A DNA stretch of 62,991 nt, counting the filler, from Nemertoderma westbladi (lineage: Eukaryota; Animalia; Xenacoelomorpha): the NCBI GenBank assembly GCA_032718475.1. It is 3 parts of 3 records of this genome, joined end to end, with 100 filler letters (N's around TTAATTAATTAA, not from the genome) between each part and the next. Parts side by side here need not be neighbours in the genome. Positions count along the whole stretch, not along the records: positions 19,133 to 40,633 come from JAUCBJ010008075.1; positions 40,734 to 62,991 come from JAUCBJ010005366.1; 1 more part is not named here. One strand, written 5' to 3'. The notes below the pieces were generated by a model. That model was not told the DNA's origin, did no database searches, and saw only the letters and a program-made list of their open reading frames with translations. Every line of letters begins with the position of its first letter. Position 1 is the stretch's first letter. This document shows, one piece after another, positions 36,901 through 49,156 of the stretch. Made by a program: the position numbers and the translations under genes.

Positions 36901-39058
36901 TTGAAAAATTAGATCTAATGTCTCGTCCTCCCGTTTTAGTCAATTAGTCCCCAGTCCCAAAAGCTAATTGGAAAAGGTTATATCTGACTATAGTACGTAT
37001 ATTATACTTCCTTAGGTCTACGTATAGCACTGATTGATTACGTACGTATAAGTATTAATTGCACTTAAATGAGTTATTTGTACATTTAAGTCCTCGTGGT
37101 GTCTTCCAGGCAAGGCACATTAACATCACCCATAACCAGTCCTAGAGTGCTCCTCCCGTCCCGTACCCTCCGGAAACAATCTCATCTCCTTGCCCCTATC
37201 ATATCGTCCTGTCTCGGGCATTTCCTTTTCTCCTGTTTGTTCATCAGGGCCATCATCCGCAATGATACCGCTTTGCCAACCCCTGTAGTTGGATCCTTGG
37301 GCGCGGGCGTTATCATTTCACGGTATCGTTTCGCTGGCGGCCTATTGAAAAATCAGAGTAGACTAACTAAGCCCATGCCATTTACAGTGTAAATATTTAT
37401 TAAATTTGTTAAGTCCGAACTACTTTTGTAATCTACAATGTTTTAAAAATCGTGTACTAGATATTCCAAGTATTTATCAGTACTTAACAAATATACAAAA
37501 ATATATCCAATCCTTATTATATTTGAAAAAATTTAGCAAATTTGACAAATTTTTAAGTGGAAATAATAACAAATTTGTGAAGTCATTTAATGGAATTACA
37601 GAGGTGGGGAATTTCCTACCTACATAATTTCCCGCTTTTTTTACAATTAAAATTGTCCAATAGAAGTGAAGTATATTGTAGGCCTACAAAGGATAGCAAT
37701 GTTTTGGCGGGCATTCCATTTCCATATCATACTGTACTAGACTTTGAAGATAAGTTGTATTGTACTTGTGGTACCAAGACCAACTACAGGTTACTTACTG
37801 TCAAGGACTACAATAATAATCTGATAATACTGTAATACTGTATGTAATAAGGACTGGCACATCAGATCTTTCGGTACCGCTAGCAGGAGCCATTCTGTAT
37901 GTAATGCTGCAATTACACTGCTACATCTAAACGGAAACACAATCACCAGACTTGAGTCCTTACAGAATTAATCAGTCAGTCATTTGCTTGTCATACTGTG
38001 TTGCCACACCCTCCCGGTATCATATCTCAGTTAAATACAATAGATGATCAAATACCGTATTGAACTAAGTGAAATATAGAGCAAATCAATACATCGGAGG
38101 GAGAAAGGGTAAATAAACAGATACAGTGAGCAGCCCTCGGTGACAGGTACACTAGTGCAATTCCGTTCATTGTATCAGACCGGACATTTTGCCTTCATTT
38201 TGCATGGTTTATTAAGTAACAGAAAGAAGTCACAATATATGAAAATTGAGAGTGAAAGAACATACTGTATTTTATCAAATGCGCTAACACCACCTGGCTT
38301 CACATATTGATCATATCCTAAGTTATTATTATTATAAAGATCGTCAGCCTGCGTTTAAAAAATATATTTAAATACAAAACAGGACGAACGCAACAAGGCT
38401 TATAATGAAAACGACTAGCCTATTGCGTTTATTATATTCATATAAACCACCTGGCTTTGCATATTGAACGTGCGATGGTTATGTACTGGTGGGTGGGAAG
38501 GGTGGGGGGGGGGGGGGGGGGTGCAAATTAAAAGGGATGAACACGTATTGTCCCCCTTTCTTTGATTGATTGGTGGTGTGGGTAAATTTCTCAAAACCTA
38601 ATTTTGTGATACAGTCGCTCAATTTTAATTTGTATCTCATAAATGGGCCTCGTGCTGCGCGAAGGCCCCACGAACGTGTAGGCCTATTGTTGCACTACCC
38701 AAGCCAACTTTGGCCCGGAAAAATTCTTGAATATCAATTCAAGTCACTTACAAACGGAATTCATACGGAAAATTATCGTTGTAAAGGCTGTCCTTTGGAA
38801 GGTGAACAATAATTTAGGGACCGTAGGCCTACCTGTAATCAATGTTACGGGTGGGTGGTAATATAGTGTCCAATCCAGATTATCCCATACATCCTCATTA
38901 TTGTGAGGGAACAATCGATGTAAGTGCGGCGGCACAACAAATAATTTGAAAGACCCGGGAAGAAATTAAGAGTCCTCAGGTTTTAAGGTCCTCAGGTATA
39001 CTACAGGAATTAAAAGTCCTCAGGTATACTACAGGGGCTACTGGCTCGGTGATGCCAT

Positions 39059-40323
39059 TGTAAAAGCTTTTGTGGGATAACTGATACGTTTGCCTTTGCT
39101 GGCCAGTTCCCCCCCAGGCGCTGGAATACTCTAAAAAAGGTTTTCTAACTGTATATATATTCCCCTCACCCGCAAGGTACCTTTACAGGTGTTTTAACGG
39201 ACATAAAAATCATTCTGCTATATACGTGTTTTAGCGGACATGGTAAGACAAAAACTTGTAATGCACCAACCACCTTTCACAGCTTAGCCGTGATGATTCA
39301 TATTACGACATCTAGCAGCTGGTTGCTGACATGGAAACAGCCATTGGCCGCGTGGTTCTTTGTTTGGCTTGGGCCAATCAGGGCGGTTTTTCCTGTCGAC
39401 GTGTAGCTTTTCTGCCGATCATAAGGAGAGTGTTCAGTCTTACTGTTTTACTTGTTACTTTGTTGTTATTGCTGTCTAAGCCAGAAACACCGGCATTTTG
39501 GATAGATACTGCTGTACCGTAAACTGCTTGAATTATCGAAAGTATAAACTGTTACCGAATCGAATCACAATTAATTAATCAACCAAATCGAAAGACAGCA
39601 TTAACTCACTTAATTTAATTGCATTAATCATATTGTTTGTACTGTTATTTTACCGTCAGTTATTAATTGTACCTATTTGTTGATGGAAATATTGCTATTT
39701 GGATAATACGGATAAATCACCCAATTCCCAATTTTCTTGATAACACTACAGGTTAGAGAGACCGGCTATACATAACAATTGCGATTTATATTAATGTGTT
39801 GTGTATTGAATCCAATGTTATTTAGCAGACCCTACGTGAGTCAATTACTGCTCTCTTTATGTGTGATCAAATGTACTGACTGTCGGCAGAATAGTGTGTA
39901 TGATCGTGATTGGTAACAAAGTATTTCCTAAAGAATACGCTTTATACTTTAATCATAAGCAGTATCGTTGCGTTTTAGTATAAGTCTTAGTTCTGTTTAA
40001 ATAGATAAAGCGCCACGTCCTAAAGGAACTGTTAATATTTCCCGAAAGCCAATAATATCTGTCAGAGATTAATTATTAACGATCTATCGAATAATACATT
40101 AGGTATACACTGCAACCTTACACTGTAATAATACAATTCAAGCATCCGAATTCAGTCTCCCGGGTGTAGATCCATCGGGTGAATGATCGCGCATGGGCTG
40201 ACTTCGGCTAATGTTTTGCGTATTAGCATAAATTATTGTCGTATGCTAAAGTGGTTTTAATTAACGAAAAGACATATAAATTTTGGCAGGTTAAACTGCT
40301 AAAGGTCTTCGAAAGCGCGAACA
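39059..40323 (+). mobile_element. LTR-like element, copy C (1265 bp)
   Basis: TGTAAAAGCTTTTG...GCGCGAACA termini as in copy B; conserved CCAAT box; flanks GCCAT/GTAAC do not form a TSD. Confidence 0.8.
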
Positions 40324-40633
40324 GTAACAGTTTATAAATCTTATTGCAGTAGGCAATAAGGTTGCAAGTGTAGGCATTAAATACAGTTTAATACTGTTCT
40401 GACGAACAGTAACGGTTTACAATCTTATTGCAGTAGGCAATAAGGTTGCAAAATACCGTAGTGACTGGTAAAACTGAACCGGTGCTTCTGTAGGTCAGTA
40501 GGCCTAACTGTCATCACCGGTACCGGTACTGCTGTACAAGTACATTAGTATTATTCGATTTTGATTATTGTATACCGGTAGGTCTCGATATTAAATCGGG
40601 GACGCCTGGTTTTTATTGGGATTTTACTTAGGT

Positions 40634-40733
40634 NNNNNNNNNNNNNNNNNNNNNNNNNNNNNNNNNNNNNNNNNNNNTTAATTAATTAANNNNNNNNNNN
40701 NNNNNNNNNNNNNNNNNNNNNNNNNNNNNNNNN
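40634..40733. other. Assembly gap with artificial TTAATTAATTAA linker
   Basis: N44-TTAATTAATTAA-N44. Confidence 0.95.
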
Positions 40734-41271
40734 TGACCAGTTTCTTGTAGATTGAATCTTCAAGTGGACCAAAGAGACCCTCATCACCTTTGTAGCAGCA
40801 TTGGAAGAATGTCCATCTAGAACTTAGGCCATGCGTAAACGCGGCATAGGCAGCATGTGGCTCGGTTTCAGCTATTTCTGCCAACTTCTCAATCTGATCA
40901 CACCAACCTGCAATCTTAGTCTTAGCAAATATTGAAGAGAAAACTTGTGTTCCTATGACACTTCCTAGAATGCGCTGGCCCTGGTCTGTAATTTGCACCC
41001 TCACTTCCTTAAATATCTCCTCAGCTGCTTCCTTTAAACCCGGTTTTACTATAAGCCAAGACTTTTGTGCCTTAGGGTGCTACCCATAAGCAGGTCCATG
41101 TAGAGAGATATAGTCCCACCACGCCCGAAGCTCCAACAACTTACCAATACCATTTGCATCATCTGCATACCAAACTGATTTTGCCTTGGTTGGATGGTAA
41201 TATATCAGTGGGGTCACTGAAATACCATACCGGGGAAATGCAGCTGGGTCGCCCTGCGTTGTACCTTCCAA
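40734..41271 (-). mobile_element. CRE-clade-like non-LTR retrotransposon RT fragment (in-frame stop)
   Basis: EGTTQGDP, WYADD, GPAYG*HPKAQKSWLIVK and EPHAAYAAFTHGL motifs. Confidence 0.75.
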
Positions 41272-42899
41272 AGATTCTAACTCTATTGTACAAAATAGTC
41301 GAATCCTGTGAGCGGATTCAATTCCGCCTCATTACCCTCATAAAATGGGAAGTGGCACCTTTTTCAGCAATATTGGAGATACGAGATTGGCGACAACCAA
41401 TCTCGTATCACAACCAATAACCGGGGACAACACAAACCCCAAAAGCCACACAAAGGGAGGTTAGAGGTCAAATCACCTCGGGAGGGGAAACAACCAGCAG
41501 GGGCCAACAGCAGGGGGAAACACTCCCAGAGAGGGGAGAGGCGTGAAGTAGATTATTAGCCAATAGGGGCGAGGGAAGCTTCCGCTAGATTAAGAGGCCA
41601 CAGTAATGTAGGAATGACTAGATATATATTGTCAATGTGTAGTATTCATCTTTCAGTGATTCAGTCACTCAGTTCAGTGCAGACCGGTGATATTCTTTAC
41701 CGTCACCAACGTCACCAATACAATCATACCGGTACCCCGTACAACTGTACAACTACCTACACCCTTCATTGTGCTATTATTAAGTCAGTTATTAGGTTAT
41801 TGTTATTCATCGGTATTAACATTCAGAGCACCAAAGAGATAACAACAAACTCTTTTATTATTTCACTACAAGCGGTGACGCGTAGATCAATTTATCCGGT
41901 CGGGATCCCTTGATCCCGTCACAGTAAAGAATACCCAACGCAACTAGCTGTGACTGCCAGACACCAAACTGCCGGAGATAAAGGCAAAGATGAGCACAGG
42001 ACCCCAACTATCGGAAGGAGAGAGGACACCGCCGCAGACCCCGGACGATACCAACGAAATGAACCGCAAGGCCACGACGCGACGGTATCGACCTGCGACA
42101 CCGGATTCGCCGACGAGAGACGATCCGGCAGCCCAAGCGGAGGGCGGCTGTCTACTACAAGGAGGGGATGAGTCGACGCACAACGGCGGTCGAAGTACCG
42201 AAGTCGCCGGCCAGCCACAGGCCGAGGGCGACGGACGGCCCACCGGAACGGCGACGGTGGGGCCGCCGGTATGACGCCGAACCAGGAGAGGAGGAGGAGA
42301 TGTCGGCGACGAGGACGTCGGGACCAGCGATCAGCTTCGACGGGCCTACAATGCCACGAAGAAACAGCTCAAGGAGGCCAGAGAGGGAGCAAAGGTAGAT
42401 CAGGGGAAGTTGAGCCAGCGACTAGGTGAGTCGAATAAACATTTGAGATACCTAGTTCGTTTCGGGCAGGGAGAACTGGCGAGTGAGAGAGCAAGGGGGG
42501 TCGCCACCGAACTATTCGAACTGTGGCGATCCGGGATTATGGAGCCCCAAGTAGTGTACGTAGGGCCGTATTTAGTGGATGCTAGGGGAATTAAGTTAGT
42601 GGGTTGGGCAGATCCGCACGAGGGCGAACCCGAGGTTAACCCCGAGGATTCGGTCTCATCGGTTAGCGAGAACCCCAGAAAGCGGGGGAAAATTAGTAGG
42701 ACAGAGAGGCGACGGGAGTCTGTCGCGACCGATAAGTCCGCTACATCCTCCGCAAAAGCAAGAAGGGTGTTGGAGATAGATCTGACGTGTCAACTAGACA
42801 TGGTTGCGCGTGAGTACCTCACTTAGTTAGTACCTCACTGCTGACTGCTGAATTCTGATTTGTATAATTTATATAATTTTATAATTCAGCTAGCTGTAA

Positions 42900-44776
42900 T
42901 TGATTTACCTTATGGCTCCAGTCAATGGGGTCCCTGTCACCAACGTTGATATCTCATATTACGACAAACTGACAAACCGAGAATTGCGAGAAGAACTACG
43001 TTTTTTCCGCCTCCCAACTAATGGACCAAAATCAACACTTATTTTATGCCTGAGAGCTTATTCTAAAGAAAATCCTACATATCTGGGGGAATTCGACGAT
43101 AAACAAAGTCAAATGAAATCCAGGATAACAAACCCGGACGTCGATGAAATTCCTACGGAATACACATCAGGCAACGATACCATAATAAATACCTCTGAAA
43201 GTAACGGAGCAGGAGCAGGTAACGGCATCGGTAACACTGACGCCGAGACGGATGCTGGAAACAATCCGGCAACTTGCTCTGTAGGTGGACCGACACTCTG
43301 CTGTGAGTCATATCTCAACGAGGATCTAAATTCTACATATAACTGTAACAATACCGTCACCCGTATGAGCCACCGATCGCCACTACTTGTACCTACGTCA
43401 CCGTATGTACCGGAACCTGTAGACCAGTATCAGGACGCCTATGGCCGTCTATATGATTGTCTCGTTATTTTAGAATTCGACCTCGCTCAACTAAAAGAAA
43501 TACGCCGAGGAGACATGATTCGAATTTCTCAACTTGAGGGTACGTTAAACTCTATTCTCCTTGGCTCTAACGGCTGCTCTATATCTACCGGTACCCAGAC
43601 AGCTCTGTTTTACCCAGAGACAGGCAGCGATCCAAAGCCGGTAGTACCAGTACCGGTATCTGACTTAACGCAAGATGATGTTTTGCTTGTAGACAAATCC
43701 ATCGAGCACCCAATCTCATTGGGCAGCGACGCGAATCCACCCACCGGTCTGCCGAATGACCCTTCCGCATCCGCCATATCGCCCACCCCCACGCCCACAC
43801 CCACGGATACAACTGATTTTACCAGGGTTTCTCTATCGAAAACAAAGATAACCAGGTTACTACTCTGTTATTCATGGACTCTAACCGGAAGTATATAAAT
43901 CCACGGAAAAATAACCGCACTGCACGTATGGTTCCGTGTGCTACCACCGGGGACCTAATTCGGAATGCAACCACTTCCACAACGTAATATGCCGATATAA
44001 TCAATCATGTCTACATACAAACGGGTACAAACGACTTTGAACCCGATAATCAAAATATCCCATTAATCATAAAAAATACCAAAGAAAGTATTGGGGATAT
44101 ACGAAAACGCTGGCCACGATGTGGCATCCACGTCTCAGAGATTATCGTTCATTCCGACGCGAATTTAGATTCGGTAAATAAAGAGTTGCGAAAACTATGT
44201 GATCATACAGATGGTGTTAACCTTGTTTCACAGTGCAATATATTGAGATCACATCTAATTGATACCAAACATATTGGAGCTAAATACATCGGTATTCTAG
44301 CCAAGAATATAAAACTGCACATACATGGACCTCACAGGGAACATAATCGATCAGTTCCCTTCGATCCGCAACGTTCCAACCCGCGCCAGTCAAACCACGC
44401 GATCAATCCCAGACCAAGACCACCTCCAATGTCCCCCCAGGATTATCCGCCACTACCCAACCACCAATACCAAACGCAAAGGGCGTGGCAATCTCAGCCC
44501 ACAATTGCACAGCAATTTCGGCGAAATTTCCCCCAACCTCAGTCGTTCGACACAAGACCTAATGCAGATATATCCCCGCACGCCCCTCACCCGTTTATAG
44601 CGGAACCGCGAGGGCACTTACATCGGCCTCAGTATTTGGATGCCGTAAGTCGCGGGATCCCAATCAATGGTATCCCACTTAACCGAGGAATTAATAGCAA
44701 CATTGGTAACCCGATAGTCGATTCAGCAATAGCCCTAATAAGGGCAATCAGTGCAAACCATGACATGGCTGTCTGA
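42900..44776 (+). pseudogene. LINE ORF1: SAP-like domain, coiled coil, SGNH esterase-like domain, Pro/Gln-rich tail; frameshifted with stop
   Basis: LTNRELREELRFFRLPTNGPKSTLI (SAP-like); shifted frame gives LFMDSNRKY, HVYIQTGTND and LIDTKH (SGNH blocks). Confidence 0.75.
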
Positions 44777-45532
44777 ATATTTTATTATTTTTTTTTATTT
44801 TCATTTCTTAAATAAATAGTTATAACGTGAAAAAAAAAACACTTTACTTCGTAATTGTTCAACAATTAATTAATATACATAATGACCGTTTTAATGAGTT
44901 CAATTGTCATTTAATGATAAATTTTAGCTTACTTTCTATGGTGATAATAATTGCAATTAATGTTTTACAATTTTTATGCGATAATAATGTTTCACACAAT
45001 ATATACCGGTATAACTATTGTCATATATTACAAACATGTATATGTAATAACCGCACAATCAGCATTACCGGTACGCATTATCTAACATTGTATTCAGATA
45101 ATATGATCCTACAAACTCACGTATATATGTACTGGAATACAGTATGGCATTTCATTATTGTCTTGATCAGTATGGTTAACCACCAGTCTGCGGTAACAGT
45201 TTATTATACGTCATATACATTTGTATATGGCTATATTGATTTCGCGAAATGTTTATACAAAAAGATTATAAGCATATCATTAACGCAGTTTTACCATATA
45301 TATACTTTGGTCACTTTTAGAGCAAGGTGCAATAAACGACGCGATGTATCACGTAACCAATCACATTGCAGATGTATAACTATATATGCATTGTTTGGTA
45401 ACCTGATACACGCAGCCATAATTAAAAAAATAATTATGCTTAACTTGAATTTGGGGGGGGGGGGGGATATTAATTTATTATTTTTCACTGTGCTGCATTT
45501 GTACTATAGGAACTTTTATACTGTCAATACTA

Positions 45533-48500
45533 ATGCAAAAACACAGAACATATTTCCCACAGCGGGTTATAATAATTATTTTACTTTACTCAACATGGCA
45601 AACAAATATCATACGTGTAGGTGCACGCACAGGAACACACTCAACACTAGGGCGACGAGGAATGACAAATACAGAACTTCACAAAACAACGAAACTTGTA
45701 ATAAAAAATACGTGTAGGCTTGTAAAATGTTACATAAATATTTGTATGCGTTACATAATTGCCATAACAGACATTATGATTATCTCTCATACCATTATTG
45801 CTATACTCCATAGATCCGGAGATATTCACAAAAACCCGGGTCCGAAGCAAAAAATAAATTATCGTCCTTTTAAAAATAAAAATAATACCGCACCTGAAAT
45901 CAATACATCCCCATTAAATAACAATAACAGAGAGTACTTATTGGAAAATAAAAATGAAACTAAATTCTTACTATTAAACGCACGAAGTTTTATCAAAAAT
46001 TACTCTGAGCTAAAAGATATACTAGCCGGTATTGATGAAAATCTCATAATAGGAGTAACTGAGTCCTGGCTCAAAAAAAATGTTTCAAATAGGAGCGTTA
46101 GGCTTCCAGGTTACAATTTATATCGAGTAGATAGACGTAACAAGAGGGGCGGTGGAGTACTAATATATATACCTGAAAGCGTAAATCATAATTTCAGGAA
46201 AGACATTAAATCAACCACAATCAAAAATAAATATAATTCACTTTGGGTAGAAGTTGGAGATGAATTTATTGTCGGACTTGTATATAGCCCGCCAAAAAAT
46301 TCGTCGCATTTCATTGCCCAATTCAACGATGAACTGGAAAATGCTATTAATTCCTCTAATAGAAAAATTGTATTAATGGGCGACTTTAATTTAAATATTT
46401 TAAATCCCGCTGATAGTAAAGTTGACGAATTCAAATCAAACATGGCTAAATACGGACTTACAATAGTTGATGAGAAAAATCCAACACGGTACGGCAAAAC
46501 AATTCACTCCCTGTTGGATATTTTTATCACATCTATTACCTTAGAAGGAACACAATGCAAAACATTCCCATGTTACTTCTCAGACCACGAATTCGTAACA
46601 TTCAAAATTAACTCTAAAATGCATAAAAATAGTCCTACAAACATGGACACATGGATCTCGTACAGGGATTATAATGGTTTCTCGGAAAAAAATTTCTGGC
46701 AGATATACAAAACATTGATTGGACGGATGTCTATCAACTTGCGGATATCGATACAGCGTTTAATAATTTTGAAGATGAAATTGTAAAAATTCTAGACAAG
46801 CATGCCCCGACTAAAAGAAAACTAATAAAAAATACCAGTAACCATAATAAAATAACTCTAATCGACCATGGTGGGACGATTATCTGCAAACACTACAAAA
46901 TAAAAGATCGCAATCATTGGTTAACTGGTGCAAGATCAAAACTAGATTCGGACTTTTTAATTTTCAAAATTGATAGAAATAAATTTAACACCTGCGAATC
47001 GAGCTGCAAAAAACAAATATATTAAAACAAAATACGCAAATGAAAAATCATCTCGTAAGAAATGGAAAATAGTAAACAATATTCTGAATAAACAGAGCAC
47101 AACCTGTAAAATCCACTTCTTACGAGACAAACAAATTAAAAAAGTAATAAGTAAACCAACGGCAATTGCAACATTGTTCAATAAAACATACCTAAATTTG
47201 GGAAACTTTCTTGGACTTGAGGACATTAAGTATAAATCATGTATGAATCGAAAAGTTAAGAATAATAATTTCAGTTTTAGACACATTGATGCAATTGCAG
47301 TTTGTGATATAATTTCAAAACTAAATGAAAATAAATCACAGGGTCCCTCAAAAGTTCCACCCAAAATAATAAAATTAATAGCACCTTATATAGTATTTAT
47401 CTTGACTTATTTAATTAACCAATCAATAACTAAATCAGAATTCCCCAGTAGGCTTAAGTTAGCAGATGTAACTCCAGTATACAAAAAAGGCGACAAGGAA
47501 CAAGCAGATAATTATAGGCCTATATCAGTAACTTCATCTTTCGCAAAAATATATGAACGTGTTATTTATATCCAATTAATAAATTATATAACTAAAAATA
47601 AACTACTCCCAACCAAACAGTTCGGATTTAGGAAATCATATTCTACAAAGGACGCTATAATTTACGCAACAGAGAACTGGAGATCAAAACTTGACGTAGG
47701 AAACCATGTTGCTGTAGCAGCTCTTGACTTAAGTAAGGCTTTTGACTCTCTGAACCACAGTATACTTCTCCTTAAACTGAAAGAAATCGGACTCCACTCA
47801 ACTGCTGTTACTTTCATGCGCAACTACCTTACCAATCGTAAACAAAGGGTCAAAATAAATGGGGACTACTCTAGCTGGGAAGAGACGGAACGGGGAATTC
47901 CACAAGGAACGCTTCTAGGCCCACTTATGTTCCTCATATACGTCAAAGAAATATCGGAACCTGAGAATCTTAACATCATTCAATACGCTGACAATACCCT
48001 TATCTTTGCTACAGGGCCAGATCCGATAACAGCCACTAAAATACTAGCGGAACGTATAACAAAAATAGAACGACAATTTCTAACTCTAAAAATGCAAGTA
48101 AATCCGGAAAGAACAGAGTTCATCTTAATAACACCTAATTCTAGAACCACTGAAATCAATGAAATTAACCTACAATTAAGAAAAACAATAATACAACAAA
48201 GTTGGCAATTCAAATACTTAGGAGTATTGATTGATAACAAATTAAATTGGAAACCACAAATTAAATCAATCACAGAAAAAATGACCCACGCAGTATCCTG
48301 TCTAAGACTAATAAAGGGCCAATTAACAACAAGCACAAAACTTACTGTATTTAAAGCAACTGTTCTGCCATTACATAACTACTGCTGTGAAATTATCGCT
48401 CCACTTCACGAAACACATGGGTACAAGAACATACTATACGAGCTAGATAAAATACAAAACTACGGATTACGCACCGTTTACTGCAAAAAAATTAGAGACG

Positions 48501-48859
48501 CTACAGGGACAGAACTACGTTCACAAGCAAAATTACCACATTTACAAGCACTTAGGAATTACTATGCATTAAAATACTATTATAAATACTTTTACGATTT
48601 ATCGACACCGTTTAAAAATCTTAGCTTACCTTTCCTACAAAACTATGGAGTAAAGAACGATAATATAAATAAGAGAACTTCTTGTATTAAAATTCCAAAA
48701 ACAAATACACTTTTCGGGTACAACAGCGTAATGGTAAGCAGCACCCGACTGTGGAATTCCTTAGATAAAAATATCCGTGAGCTCAAGTCATACAAAGAAT
48801 TTATAACTAAAATTAGGAGCCATTTCAGCAAAATGTACGCCCGTGAGGAAATAACTTAA
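45533..48859 (+). pseudogene. LINE ORF2: 2A-like motif, APE endonuclease, RT; frameshifted, catalytic YADD reads YADN
   Basis: SGDIHKNPGP, LNARS, VTESWL, MGDFN, SDH; NYRPIS, QFGFR, DLSKAFD, GIPQG. Confidence 0.9.
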
Positions 48860-49156
48860 ACGAAATAGCAAACAAACTCAAAAATACCAGAGACTGCTGG
48901 TTAACTTGATGATTGATAGTATTATGTTAATTGTGCTTACCCAATACTAAGTAGCGTAGAGTAGATCATAGATAGATACATTTAGTACATTATTATTAAT
49001 AAATATAGAGATATTAAAGTTAGGTAATGACGCTTTATTCAATAATTATCAGCCATAACGATATCTATCTGTTAGGCTGCCTCTGTGCGGTTTTTTTTCT
49101 TATAAAACTTGTTGCGGAGTTTTTGAATAAAAATAATTTATTATTATTATTATATT

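Larger units (their letters stand above)
42781..49156 (+). mobile_element. Near full-length CR1/L2-group LINE inserted in the BEL gag region
   Basis: ORF1, then APE-RT ORF2, then AATAAA and (TTA)n tail at about 49126-49156; 5' limit approximate. Confidence 0.87.

Noticed and set aside
39815-39850. Dicistrovirus IGR-IRES reading (AUUU stem-loop, CAGCC loop) of the LTR RNA
   Set aside because: The AUUU hairpin is present, but CAGCC occurs only in copy A and the IGR pseudoknots were not found
44827-45717. 296-aa AT-rich ORF as an independent host gene
   Set aside because: Lies in the LINE inter-ORF region, has biased composition and no recognisable motif
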